A DNA stretch of 64,000 bases from an uncultured Methanosarcinaceae archaeon (GCA_963833425.1 CAWHXP010000008.1:1-64000), one strand, 5' to 3'. Positions 1 to 12,008 are shown, counted from the first letter of the stretch. Program-made: numbers and translations. Notes: generated from the sequence alone by a model not told the origin.

Positions 1-452
1 ATTTCATCGATGCATAGTTTTTGTGATAAAAACTGTGCACCTGATCTTAATTGATGCTCATTCATTTTTTTGTTACTATGAACCTAATAATGAATTCCAT
101 CAATAAGGTATGGGCTTATTATATGTAGGCTATGTCCATCAATCATGATATAACTCCATAAAACAAGTGGCTTTACAGCCATCATTTGGGTATTTAACAT
201 CTAGATTGCCCATAATTGATCGAATTGTAAGATAGGCTATCGGATGATTTTTTTTTAGTGTGGAATTTTTTTATTGAATTACTTTATGAGATTTGTGATT
301 TTACAAATAAATTAGCATACTTCTGACTTATTTAATACATACTCTAAGGCTATGTCCATCTCCGGGAATAATAACAAATAATTGATATTAAATTGTTGTC
401 CGATTTTCAAATATCAAGAAGCTTATTGAGAATTCCATATGGTATACACAGG

Positions 453-2549
453 TCAATAAAAATTCAAGAGCGTGATGAATAGCAGACTTCCCATGATGAC
501 AGGCCAGTACAGTACCTTCATGTACATGTTGTCTTTTGCATCAATAAAGGGGATACTCCGATTTGACGCAAAAGCTATTGAATTTATGGAAATAAATAAG
601 ATTGCAATGTACATTACAAAGTAGAAATACTCAAGGTAGATGATCCCATTTATGGGAAGTCTAGCTCTGAGAGAAGAGTGGGCAATGATAAGAGTAAAAA
701 GAATTGTGGTGCAGTAGCCAAGAACTCCATGAGAACTGAATCCGAAATGAATTTTGTTTTCACCCTTGGTAATTATCATAAGGATTGCAAATAGAAGAAC
801 GATTACTACTATTACAGGTAGAAGATCGGAATTAAATGGAGATTTAAAGTCCCTTTTGACATCAACGTTGAAGTGAAATTCCGGTATATTGGAATTTGCA
901 AAGTTCCCTAATCCAATATTGGTATTATTAGAATTAACCCTGTAACTGAAAAAGGTTTTTTGCGGCTCCCAGCCATCAAGCTTGAAAGAGGGTCCCAAAC
1001 CTGGAAGGCTTTCTGGAATCAAGCTATTATAGGAATCAAAGTCCGGAACCAAGACGTTTTCTGCAGAATTATTACTCAATAACCCGAGCCATACATCTTC
1101 CCTGTCAAAAGGATATTTTGAATAATCAAACTGCTGGTGCAGAGTAGTCTTAAAACGCCAGCCTATAACACCTTTGTTCCTATTCACATAAACTTTTTCA
1201 ATTATGGTTTCTTTTGAATCCGGAAAATAAAAGTCAGGAACATCCTTCCAAGCCCCTAGGCTTGAAATATTTTGCCAGATATATCCTGTTATTAAGACAT
1301 CATCAGCATTCAAGAACCCCATTGACTTAATAAAAAATCCTGTAGGAATCCTGGGTGTTGTCGAGCTCATATTGACGTGTTGCAACACCGTTTCAAAATC
1401 TTCCCTGTCGAAAACAACAAAGTCCCCATTCCTGCCATCAAGAGAAGAATTATTCATAGTAACGTGCCACATAAAGCCTATTCCCAGGATACAAAGTAAT
1501 GAAAAAATAAACGCGAGTGTCCAGAGTCCTTTATGGTCATACATGTAAATGGATACAAAAAGCAGGCACAGAAAGAATAAAAAAGCAAAAGTTGCGAACA
1601 CTACAAGAATAATAGAGTGGATCTGCCCTGTTTTTTTGTACAGCAAAGTTTCTTCCTGAGGAAGGACAAACCCTAGAGTCCAGTCTGTAGAAGGAATATT
1701 TTTTTGAAATACCCAGTAGGATTTCCCTGTAAAGGAATTTGTCGCCAAGTAATTCTGTTTTTTTATGTTCTCATTTATGAAGTAAAGATTGGGATCTTTT
1801 TTTGCAAGCTCGTGAATATTTCCATTAAGATACTCTTTGATGGGATAAGAAATAATTTCCCCTTTCCCAGAGATAATGAAACCATAACCCGTATTTCCTA
1901 TGCTGAGGCTATTTAGATATTCTCTTATTTCTTCAAGAGAGTGACTTACACTTACCACTCCTGCAGCTTTGTCCCTATTTCCGGATTCTGCAAAATAAAA
2001 AGGAGCCGAATAATCTATCTGATAATTGCGGTCTGCAATCCCGAAATAAGGTGAAATCCATACTTGGGATCCTTTTTTCAGGACATCATTGTACCATTCG
2101 GTTTGTTTACTGTCTTTCGTGTAATTATATGTGAGCGGAGCATATACGACTTCCGAACCATTTCGCTTGAAATGTGGTGCATAAAGTTTTCCGGCATTGG
2201 CAGCAGGAGAATATGCAACGACGATGCTAAAAATGTTTGGATTGTTCTTCATTTCAGTCAGAAGACGCTCCCGGAGTATGGAATCATTTTTTAGTTTTCC
2301 GGAACTTAGATCCTTTGCAACTCCATCAGCCAGGGAGCTAGTAGAATTATGTTCTGAATTAATGTTTTTTATGACAGAGTTGGCTTTTTGGAGCGCATCT
2401 TCCTTTGCATCTTCAAGAATTATTTCATTTGTCTGGCCACTTTTGTATTCATATCCTAAATGTATCAATAGCAAAAAACTAAGTAGGCAGAGTAGGGATG
2501 CAATACAAATTGCTTGTTTTCTACGTTTATTCGAGTTGGTCATTTTCAT
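453..2549 (-). CDS. Cache-domain-fused pentameric ligand-gated ion channel (prokaryotic Pro-loop receptor)-like membrane protein
   Basis: N-terminal TM, dCache motifs (WY...W..PY..., G.TGYGFII...G.IISYP), two TMs, beta-rich ECD with FDYSKYPFDRE (YPFD Pro-loop) and four C-terminal TM helices. Confidence 0.8.
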   Translation of the reverse strand: MKMTNSNKRRKQAICIASLLCLLSFLLLIHLGYEYKSGQTNEIILEDAKEDALQKANSVIKNINSEHNSTSSLADGVAKDLSSGKLKNDSILRERLLTEMKNNPNIFSIVVAYSPAANAGKLYAPHFKRNGSEVVYAPLTYNYTKDSKQTEWYNDVLKKGSQVWISPYFGIADRNYQIDYSAPFYFAESGNRDKAAGVVSVSHSLEEIREYLNSLSIGNTGYGFIISGKGEIISYPIKEYLNGNIHELAKKDPNLYFINENIKKQNYLATNSFTGKSYWVFQKNIPSTDWTLGFVLPQEETLLYKKTGQIHSIILVVFATFAFLFFLCLLFVSIYMYDHKGLWTLAFIFSLLCILGIGFMWHVTMNNSSLDGRNGDFVVFDREDFETVLQHVNMSSTTPRIPTGFFIKSMGFLNADDVLITGYIWQNISSLGAWKDVPDFYFPDSKETIIEKVYVNRNKGVIGWRFKTTLHQQFDYSKYPFDREDVWLGLLSNNSAENVLVPDFDSYNSLIPESLPGLGPSFKLDGWEPQKTFFSYRVNSNNTNIGLGNFANSNIPEFHFNVDVKRDFKSPFNSDLLPVIVVIVLLFAILMIITKGENKIHFGFSSHGVLGYCTTILFTLIIAHSSLRARLPINGIIYLEYFYFVMYIAILFISINSIAFASNRSIPFIDAKDNMYMKVLYWPVIMGSLLFITLLNFY

Positions 2550-3169
2550 CTCTTAAACAATCATTTAAGTCCCATCCAATAGCACTTTCTGTTATTGTAT
2601 TCTCCGTAGTCACATTACCTATTGTTTTATTCCCTATTAATTATTTTCAGATTGAGCAAATGTCGTCTGTCTTAATTACCATGCCGAGCAACATTCCAAC
2701 AAATAAGGAAGTTGTCTTCACTCCATGTTTTTATTTATATTTTAATCTCCATTCTTATAATCAAACTTAAAATCATTTTCGATTTTCGGATGGAACTAAG
2801 AAAATGCATAGATTTTGACACAAAAACTATGCAAAAATGAAATGACAAAAGCATAACTTTGTTAGCATAGCTATTGACTCTGCATCCTACTTTTTGCGGT
2901 GAAAGAAAAGGCTGAAGAGCCAGTCGTATTTCACAGAACTTTAGCTACACTATTAAAACGAACTACAAAAATTAAATGCAAAATCTGAAAAATAAAAATA
3001 TTTTGCGACAATGGTTGTTATCTTTAAAGTATGGAATTTGCTTATAATTTTTGAAGATTATACAAAAATAATTATAAAATAAAGCAAATATTAAAACGTT
3101 GTAATTTTTTAAGTTGTTTCATACAGGAATAAGCTCAACTTTATTAATATAAAACCAACGTTCAATGCC

Positions 3170-3285
3170 AAAATATTCCATAGTGAAATATTTTTTGCTC
3201 AGAAACTATTTTTTTATATAGTTAAATTTTATGACAAAGTAAATTTCATTCAGAAATTGTTTTTTGTATAATTAATTTAAAATAA
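3170..3285 (+). repeat. AT-rich intergenic module, copy 1 (others at 7197-7240 minus, 12928-12992 plus, 18438-18502 minus)
   Basis: Shared AAAATATTCYAT...GAA...TTTT..TCAGAAAYTATTTTTT...TAATTTAAAATAA. Confidence 0.65.
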
Positions 3286-3384
3286 TATTAATTAGCATTT
3301 CATTTTGTACAAAGAAACAAAACTCAATTAATTAAGCAGTTTTGGTACAAGATGGTAGGATTGAATAGTATAGTGGTGGATATC

Positions 3385-3642
3385 ATGACATGTAATCTCA
3401 GTTGTTGGTGGACTGGTTCACGGTATTTAGGGCCAAATAGTTCATTGCACTTAAGTATAAATGGTGTAGATTGTACAAAATATTATGGCATTGCCTTATG
3501 TCCAGTTTCAGGTTCTGTAGCTGGAGCTAGTTTGGAGATTGTGGATACTGGGGCTGGATACCCAAATCATGTATTTGTGGACATCAAAAACAATGGAACC
3601 GTAGGAGTAGTGTTCACTGTACAAGGAATTACAGTAGGTTAA
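3385..3642 (+). CDS. Small hypothetical protein, beta-rich, several Cys
   Basis: Clean ORF; GTGGTGGA upstream of ATG 3385 (track start 3352); tightly followed by the next gene. Confidence 0.6.
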   Translation: MTCNLSCWWTGSRYLGPNSSLHLSINGVDCTKYYGIALCPVSGSVAGASLEIVDTGAGYPNHVFVDIKNNGTVGVVFTVQGITVG

Positions 3643-3654
3643 CAAGGTGATATT

Positions 3655-3882
3655 ATGCAAATCAATGTGTTATATGACAAAAATGGTAATATAATTTCAG
3701 CATCTTCTCCGTTGTCACAAGCTTCGCAAAACATTACTGTTAGTATTGAACCTGGGGTAGATCAACTAGTATCCGATATTGAAGTACCAGATGAATGTAG
3801 TAAATCAGTAAACTCTGGATCGTTTGATAAACTAAAGATTCAAATTCAAGGCAACAAACATACACTCGTATCAAAGATATAG
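3655..3882 (+). CDS. Small hypothetical protein
   Basis: AAGGTGA RBS before ATG; 12 bp after the previous stop. Confidence 0.65.
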   Translation: MQINVLYDKNGNIISASSPLSQASQNITVSIEPGVDQLVSDIEVPDECSKSVNSGSFDKLKIQIQGNKHTLVSKI

Positions 3883-4314
3883 AGTTTTATTTAATTTTGA
3901 AACCTTGATTCACGTACTTTACTTCATTTATTTTTAAATTCTATTACTTCTCATAAACTAGGTAATTCTAAAATCATAAAATTGCTTAGATCCCTATAAT
4001 TTTCTCTTAAATATTCTACGTTTTTATGCTCTAAATTTAAGTATAGCTATAATTTCGCAGATTATATACTATTTTTATTTAGACTGTTGCCAGTAAAATG
4101 CATAAGTTTTAACATAAAAACTGTGCATTGGTAAAAACGACAAATTCGATTTTGCAGAACTTTCGCAAAACCATTAAAATTATTATTAAAAAAATATTTA
4201 TATTTAGTTAAACGAATGTCATTTATAAAAAGTTAATATATCAATTTCAAAGAATTGTTGGAAGATCACTTTAAACTGTATTATATTGAATTGCAAATAA
4301 GGAGTTGGAGATAC

Positions 4315-5071
4315 TTGACTTGGAGCGATTGGCGAAATCTAGGTGGAATATGTAAAAAGGGCGTGGCTGTTTCTTCTTGGGGATCAAACAGGTTGGATTG
4401 CTTTACAGTTGGAACTGATGGATCTCTGCAACAGAAAGCATGGGATGGCCAAATTTGGAACGATTGGTATAGTTTGGGAGGCGTTTGCCATTTTCTGCCC
4501 CTGCAGCAGTTTCATGGGGCCCCAATCGCATAGATGTATTCGTCATAGGTTCCGATGGATCTCTGCAACAACAAGCGTGGGATGGTAAAAATATACCGAC
4601 CCAAATATCGTTCACTTTTCCGGCTAAGTACTTTGGAAGTGGAGCTACCAAGGCAAGTCTCGATTCTCTATCTGTAACACTGAATATCGACGGCTCATAC
4701 ACATTTGATGGAGCATACACAAACAGTGGGGATATACCGATTCTGACGGCTCCACCCCAAGATTTTGCGGTTGCCGTTATAGTCGCCGGGAAGACTGGCA
4801 AAGCCGTTTCCTTTGTGCATAACGGACATTCAACACCGAACGCACCACACAAACAGGCTCATCTCCTAAATGGCATATCGTTGGCAGTAATCCATCAATT
4901 AGACAGAATTGGGACGAACTTGTGCAAAGTACCAAATCAACATATAAAGTCAACAATACTGTCGAATTGGGCTCTGTAATTGATGTTTTCGAAGATGCGA
5001 TTAATGACATAGCGAAGAAAACAAGTGTCTCAGTAACAGTGGTGAAAATTGTTGCGTCGATCACAGGTTAA
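4315..5071 (+). pseudogene. Frameshifted protein with PLL/fucose-lectin-like beta-propeller repeats plus an unknown C-terminal domain
   Basis: Two W..W.xLGG...AVSWG.NRxDxF.xGxDGSLQQxAWDG repeats; TTG start after GGAG; frame changes near 4490 and 4850; last frame ends ...VKIVASITG*. Confidence 0.7.
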
Positions 5072-6059
5072 TTACGATGACGGGAATATAAGTATTCTGA
5101 AATAACAGTCACAAAAATAGTTTCCCACAACATAAATTTGTTATGCAAAAGATGGATGTGCTGTATCCACATTGATGTAAAGCATCTGAAAATTCTGATG
5201 CTTTCATTTGGTTAAAATTGAACATAAGTACCTTTTTTCCCACTCTTAAGTTTGTGGGTGTTATGGTAATCATGCAAAAAAATGATAATGGAAATTTGAC
5301 GTTTAGAATATGCATGTTTTACATTAACACTTCTACATCCGTGGGAAAATAAGGAACAGAATATTTGTCAGTAAAACTATTGACTTTCTATTAATTTAAG
5401 TAATGATTAAATAATAATTTTCCTTTATTATGAAAATTTAGTTCTTTATCAACTAATTTGGATGAAATTACCATATTAGAAAGATATATTCTGTAGCATC
5501 GTGCTTAAAGTTCTGTTAAATCTGATTGACTCTACGTCCTTCTTCTTGCACCACAAAAAATAGGATTTATCGTTTTGCTGATGCTGAAGTCTTCATACAA
5601 AGACTATATATCAAAAACTGTCACAAGAATATGAATCTCCATTGAGTTAAATATCCAGGAATAATTATAATATTTTAGGATATTTAAATTGATAGTGCTT
5701 TTGTGTATGTTAAGTGGACTTTTTGTTTTGATGCTAGTGACTATATTAGCAAGTAGCGTTCTATTCTCCGCGTTGATGGGAATAATCTAACCTAATATAG
5801 AATTAGTTAAAAAAGCTAATTAGACAGTGGTTTTGTCACAAAAACTATGCATCAGTGAAAACGATAAATTATTTTTAAGGAGCTGATAATCCGCGTAAAT
5901 TCTGATTGGAACATCAAGATTGTTAGCTACATCCTTGACTTCATTCAAAAGTGCATTTATACAATCCAACACTTTCTTTTAGTAGGATCCCTAGAGCTAC
6001 AGTAGTCTCTTTCAGTATAGCTTCCCTCCACAACTTTCAAATAATGCTGTGAATGGTCT

Positions 6060-6330
6060 AATGGGTGTATTTTGTGGTGGAGATAGTGGCAAATCTCACT
6101 GATCCATGCCGAGATCTGTAAACCTGGAATTTTTAGAGTTACTCCGTCAAATGTTGACTTGAAAGTCTCTTTTGAAGAGCTATGTGAGTAACCACTCCCC
6201 CCGAGCAAGGTCCAAAACTTAAACTAGCCGATGTTTAGATAGCGGGTCCATATTCACTGATTAGCTTAAGGGTTTCACAGCCAGTCATACCAGAACTAAA
6301 CCAACTTCTCTTCAGTCACCGTTTGTTTTG
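6060..6330 (-). pseudogene. C-terminal gene fragment of unknown family
   Basis: Protein-like stretch GGSGYSHSSSKETFKSTFDGVTLKIPGLQISAWISEI with no plausible start. Confidence 0.35.
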
Positions 6331-6432
6331 AATTTAAAACAAATTCGCGATGTAACCATTTTTTCGAGTTTATTCTCCTTGTTTCTATACTACGCATTTG
6401 TGATGATGTGTTTTAAGCTTTCTTTCCTAAAG

Positions 6433-7086
6433 TCAAAATTTAAGCAAGTGTGTCTTGTAATTTTTCAGTTCTTCAGTTCCTTTTTCTCTGGACATACTAC
6501 TTACTTCGTAAATTATGTAAGATGGAAAAACTTTCAATCCCATGTATTCAAATACGCAGTGAGTTAATGATTCTAGGTGTTTGTTAAGGTCTCCATGTGC
6601 TCCTCCTTCAGAATACATCGTTTTTGGAGATCCGGTGGTGGTAACAAGCATTGCGCATTTGCCTTTTAAAAGACCGGCATCATAGATACTGTCAGTGATT
6701 GGATTAAAACCAAATCCAGGAGCCAGAACGCGATCTATCCAGCCTTTCATAATTGCTGGCATGGCTGTGTAGTAAATCGGGAACTGAAAAATTAACATGT
6801 CAGACCTTTTAACTTTTTCCATCTCTCTTTTAATGTCCGGAGCAAAAGTTCCTTCCTTTGATGCCTTGATAGCTTCAAAGAAAGGTTTAAACACCTTTAA
6901 ATTTTTGCGTTCTGGAAAGTCTGCGTCTGTTAGAACAGGGTTAAATTTCATTGCATAAAGATCGGAAAGTATTATTTCATGCCCTGTTCCTTTCAGGGTA
7001 TCAAGAGCGATATCTTTCAGCGCAGAGTTAAATGAATTAGGTTCAGGATGTGCATAAACATAAAGAACTTTCATTTCATTCTCCAA
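6433..7086 (-). CDS. NAD(P)H dehydrogenase (quinone), flavodoxin-like fold (KefF/MdaB/NQO family)
   Basis: YAHPEPNSFN, DLYAMKFNP, FQFPIYY..PAIMKGWIDRV, TTTGSP motifs. Confidence 0.9.
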   Translation of the reverse strand: MENEMKVLYVYAHPEPNSFNSALKDIALDTLKGTGHEIILSDLYAMKFNPVLTDADFPERKNLKVFKPFFEAIKASKEGTFAPDIKREMEKVKRSDMLIFQFPIYYTAMPAIMKGWIDRVLAPGFGFNPITDSIYDAGLLKGKCAMLVTTTGSPKTMYSEGGAHGDLNKHLESLTHCVFEYMGLKVFPSYIIYEVSSMSREKGTEELKNYKTHLLKF

Positions 7087-7700
7087 AATTATGTATATAA
7101 ATATATTTTTCTGATTAAAAGAGTAAGAATGCCTTTTTTATTTACTAATTTGTTGTTTCAGTATTTGATTCACACTTATTTATAATAGCTTTACAATTAT
7201 TTTAAATTAATTACACGAAAAATAGTTTCTAAACAAAAAACGATATCATATCAAATTTTTCACAATCAACAAAACAATTAAATATTTATAATGATTTTTA
7301 TTATTTTAGAAATCCTTATTCAATTGGATAATTATTTTCAATCCACACAAAGCCGCAAAAACCTGATTTTCACCTACGTGCCTGTAAACTCTATCATTCC
7401 ATATTAAATATGAATATACAAGTAGAATTGCAAGAGAGTATTTGTAAGGAATAAGTTCTATCAAAACGTTCAACACCAGATTGAAGAAAAGCTTCCTTTA
7501 TCAATGCGAAGTTTAAAAACTAGTAATGAAATTGTGAATTCCATTTTCCTGATCGAAGAGGTAATCTTTTATGAGTGTTATAAATAAGTAAAGATTTCAT
7601 ATCCCACCTTGCATAATGGGGAATAGTTCAAAAATAGTAATTTTAAAAAATACAAGCAGAATAAGCGCGAGATCACTACAACAGAACTAGGGGATTCAAC

Positions 7701-8540
7701 ATGAGCTCAGTAGGAACTTACAACATTACATTTAATGACACTTCAGGATTAATCACCGTGTCTGTATTCTCACGCATATCTAGTCCTCCGAAAGAACATT
7801 GGATAGATGAAGAAATATTAGTCGGTGACGATGATATGCTAGCTATCGGCGGTGGTGGCAAAACTACTGATCAATCTCCTTATAGAGCATTATTGACTGC
7901 CTCTTACCCGAACAATGATCTATCTGGGTGGGTTGTTAGTTCTAAAGATCACGAGTATCCTCATCCACACGAGCTAATCACCCATGTAATTGGAATCAAG
8001 ATTAAGGGAATGAGTAGGCAGCAGTTGCTAGAGTCAATGTACGTCAGTACGGCTGCTAGTGGAGTGGCGTCGCATCCTGAAGCTGAAACTGGTGTTCCAT
8101 CTGATAATTTTGTACTAGTTGGCGGGGGGTTCAGAGTAGACTGGCATGGCGATGGGAACCTTGGGACAGCTTCCTTCCCTATAACAGAGTTTTCTTGGAA
8201 GGCTTGTTCTAAGGATCACGGTATCTCAGACCCTTCCAATCTTCAGGTATTTGCTATATGTATCAAAAAAAATATTGCAATTGGCACAGTCACGGTAGCC
8301 ATCACAAAAGCCGATTCTAACCAAACACCTCATCCAGAAGCTGTTGCTTTAGTGAAGCCCGGCTTTGCCTTAGTGGGTGGTGGAGCTGAAGTTCATTGGA
8401 ATGAGTGGGGAAATTTTCTTTGGAAATTAGCACCCTCTACTTCACAAGCTCAGAGTTTCAGCGCTGCATCTAAGGACGTTATATACTCAGATCCAAGCAT
8501 TATCACAGCTTACGCGTTGGGAATCCGCATCGACGAGTAA
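7701..8540 (+). CDS. Hypothetical protein with three internal repeats of about 85 aa
   Basis: Three copies of L(V/A)xGGG...(TAS)xP...SKD(H)...P...AxxI. Confidence 0.8.
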   Translation: MSSVGTYNITFNDTSGLITVSVFSRISSPPKEHWIDEEILVGDDDMLAIGGGGKTTDQSPYRALLTASYPNNDLSGWVVSSKDHEYPHPHELITHVIGIKIKGMSRQQLLESMYVSTAASGVASHPEAETGVPSDNFVLVGGGFRVDWHGDGNLGTASFPITEFSWKACSKDHGISDPSNLQVFAICIKKNIAIGTVTVAITKADSNQTPHPEAVALVKPGFALVGGGAEVHWNEWGNFLWKLAPSTSQAQSFSAASKDVIYSDPSIITAYALGIRIDE

Positions 8541-8745
8541 GTTTATAAAGAACCTTACTATTAGCTAGGTATTTCATGTAGTCAAATATCAAAATGGTAA
8601 CTAAATTTTAGTCGTGAGAAGATTATTTTGGACTGGAATGAAGCATATAAGGAATGATCCAGTTATCAAAAAATTATTGGGTAAAAATTATCTTTTCCCA
8701 GGAATCTTGGATAATTATTTATCTTGCTCTATCTTATCATTTTCC

Positions 8746-9842
8746 ATGATTTTTGATCCTATTACAGTCTGCAATTTGAATCTTCAGAATCACTTTGAAA
8801 AGTCTGCAACGCATGAATTTATGGCCGAAGAAGATGGAAAGCCCACTCCCCAAATCGGAGACATCTATGCGGAGCTTGCAAAAAATGACGTAGGGTTGAT
8901 CATAACAGGTTTTTCTTATGTACTTCCTGGTGGACAGAGTATGATTTACCAGCAGGGGATCTATGATGATCGTTTTATTGAACCCTACATGAAGATAACA
9001 GAAATAGTGCATATGTACAGGAGTAAGATAATACTCCAAATAGTGCATGCAGGGAGGCAAGCAACCACTTCTGAAGAATACCCGGTCCCCATGGCTCCTT
9101 CGGAAATCAAAGATGAACTATCGGGAGTTGTATCTAAGGAAATAACTGAACAGGAAATACTGGAAGTAATTGCGGCTTTTACAAAAGCAGCTATCCGAGC
9201 AAAAAAAGCAGGTTTTGATGGGGTACAGCTTCATTGTGCCCACAGTTTTCTTTTAAGTAATTTCATTTCTCCCTATACAAATAGAAGAGCTGATCGCTGG
9301 GGGGGCTCAGTGAAAAATCGGGCAAGAATAGTCACGTAAATTGTCAGACGCATAAAAAAAACAAGTTGGGTCTGATTTCCCGATTCTTGTCAAATTGAAT
9401 GCAACGGATAGTTTTCAGCCGGGCTCGTAAAAAGCAGAGCTTGGAATTACTATTTTGCAGGTTGTGGGGACTGCAAAACTTCTGGAGAAAGCTGGAATAT
9501 GCTCAATCGAGGTTAGCGGTGGGATCAAGGAGGCGGGTGAAGTAACTGTAAGAACAGAAATTAATTCTCCTACTGAAGAAGCACATTTTAGGGAATATTC
9601 TAAAGCAATAAAAAAAGCAGTAAATATCCCTGTAATGCTTGTGGGGGTATTCGGTCTCTTTCTGTTATGAGAATCTGCTTGAGGGAGGATTTGCAGATTT
9701 GATTTCCTTGAGTAGGCCATTTATCCGTGAGCCCGATCTCATTTTGAAACTTAAGTCTGGAGAGGCTAAAAAGGCAATGTGTATATCCTGTAATCTGTGT
9801 TTTGATCCTGAGGGTATCAGATGCAACTACGAGTTTGATTGA
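8746..9842 (+). pseudogene. NADH:flavin oxidoreductase (old yellow enzyme family), disrupted
   Basis: GLIITG, QIVHAGRQ, AGFDGVQLHCAHSFLLSNFISPYTNRR.D.WGGS, ADLISLSRPFIREP, CISCNLC; split by stops at 9337 and 9428 and a frameshift. Confidence 0.9.
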
Positions 9843-10096
9843 AATCCTGAGAACTGAAATATCCCTTATCGCTTCTTTTTAACTTCCTGATACTTGTTTT
9901 ATTAAACTCCCTAATTGTGAAGTTTTTCACTGATTTTGTAATCGAGCCAGATTTATTACAACAGGAGCAATTTTTTCATTGAAAGTTTGCTTCTAATATT
10001 TGTACTCTTTTTTCTAAATCGTCCAATTTTCTTCTTAAATTTTTACTATTCATTGCACGGGATAGACTCGTTCCACCGCAACTAGACACAAAATCC

Positions 10097-10245
10097 GGTT
10101 CTGTTGCAAAAAATCTGGCTATTTTACAAAACCAGTGAAAAACATCACAAATGGGATATTTATGTGCCAAAAACAGGTCAATAATGATACAAAAAACAAT
10201 AATTATAGCCTAAAAAAGCAGTAAAATTATTTTTGCAACAGAACC
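10097..10245. mobile_element. 149-bp MITE with IS6-type terminal inverted repeats
   Basis: GGTTCTGTTGCAAAAA ... TTTTTGCAACAGAACC; related copy at 30048-30197, partials near 9908, 25540 and 29960. Confidence 0.8.
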
Positions 10246-10481
10246 TTAAATCTTACAGAGAAGCAGCAAAAATGAAACCAACTGGACAATATTTGCAAAG
10301 ATTAACTTATAATATTGGAATGTTATCTGAACAAGCTGGAGATTATAATAATTCACTGAAGCTTTATAATGTAGCTATTGTAGCAGATCCAAATTCAAAG
10401 ACATCAGATTTTATTGTTCAGCATAGACGTGAATTAATGAGAAAATTGGGTCAATCAAACGAAACATGTGACTGTATCTGA
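10246..10481 (+). pseudogene. C-terminal fragment of a TPR-like protein abutting the MITE
   Basis: YNIGML.EQAGDYNNSLKLYN.AI..DPN; the frame begins inside the MITE end. Confidence 0.5.
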
Positions 10482-11672
10482 AAAACCAATTTATAGAAAT
10501 TTAGATAATATGTCTAAAATATAATTACATTATACATTTTCGATATTCTGACTGCTAAACAAACACCTAGCAAATATGAAAGAATTTTATATTAATTACT
10601 ATAAATTCCATTATAGTTTTTTTATTTTTAGATTTTCTGAAAGCAGTTGAATGTTTAACCTTCTGTTCTTCTGGACCAATGTTTGAATGTGAATTACTTG
10701 ATTATGCATAGGTTTTGCTATAAAACCTATGCATCAATGAAATAATAGGAATATAACTTTGGTAGCATAGTGAGTATAATTAGAAAATAAATATAAATTA
10801 TTTTAAATAACTATAATCATTATTAATGCAATTCAAATTTTGTGCCATTTTCACATGCAACATTTGTGTAAGATTAATGGTCTGGGAATTAATTTATAAA
10901 ACTATGGCCATGCATTAATTTGTTTAGGACTGTTGTTCTGGAAAACTGACGGACCAACGTTCCTGGATAATTTGGACTTCGCTTATTATAATTACATCTA
11001 CTTATTTACTTTTGTATAATGAATTGCACAGTTTTGTCTTCTGTATCCCTGAAGCGTTTCAAAGTTTAGTGTAGGACTAAATTATGAAATCGAAATTAGT
11101 AGAAATTATCAAAAATCAATGCCATATTATTAAAATAGGTATAAAAGTTTCCATCAACTCTCCACGAATAGTTTGTCAGTCTTAAATGTCTTCTCATCTT
11201 CTGTTCTATTTCAGGGGAATATTGATGCACTCATCTCATTATAGTACTGTGATCAACTTGAATTCCTCTTTCTATCATCATTTCCTTTAAATTTCTATAG
11301 CTCAATGGATATTTTAAGTACAATCTTACGTTTAATAGGATAATTTCTCCTTCAAAATGCTTCCATTAAAAGGAATTAAATAGAATATTACTATCTTTGG
11401 TTTTCTTTTTATTCTATTGTATCATTAGAAAGGATTTTTTGCAACGGAACCTTCGAAGTTATATACAAAAATCGTCAATATATGGCAAATTAATTAATAT
11501 AAAATTGTTTTTCTATTTAGTATTTTTTTATGTGGAAATAATTTTTGTTCACAAACTATTTTTCATATCATTAATTAGATATAAACTGTCTGGATAATTA
11601 GATATTTAACTGTGGAATTAACTAGCCAGTGAACGAAAAATACATGATTAATATTATTTTGGAGGGAATGAA

Positions 11673-12008
11673 ATGAGTGAAAAGTGTACATCTGAAGCAA
11701 TGAAAGTTCCTTATGCCGTAAACAATATTGAAAAATGCATGTGTCCACAATGTCCTGTCCAAGCTGACAGTGTGTGCACATTGGATAAAATTGGAAACTT
11801 AAAAAATGAAATGAAAAATTTAGGGAAAAATGAAGTCCCAGAACCTCAAAAGGTTCCTGGAGTCTACTGTTCATCAGGTACTGCTACTTGCAGTGACTTA
11901 GACCAAAACAGAGATTGCATTTGTAAAACCTGCTCGGTATGGGGAGAGCACTGTTTGGAGCATGCAGACACGATAATGTACTTCTGCAATAACGGTAGAG
12001 CGACCTGA
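11673..12008 (+). CDS. DUF2769-like Cys-rich protein
   Basis: CMCPQCP, GVYCSSG, CICKTC, YFCNNG pattern; GGAGGG RBS. Confidence 0.75.
   Translation: MSEKCTSEAMKVPYAVNNIEKCMCPQCPVQADSVCTLDKIGNLKNEMKNLGKNEVPEPQKVPGVYCSSGTATCSDLDQNRDCICKTCSVWGEHCLEHADTIMYFCNNGRAT

Noticed and set aside
127..360. AGGCTATGTCCATC present twice
   Set aside because: Two 14-bp direct copies only; possibly IS ends but nothing further supports a call
1704..2770. Plus-strand ORFs overlapping the channel gene, and similar antisense ORFs elsewhere
   Set aside because: Shadow frames of recognisable genes with no motifs of their own
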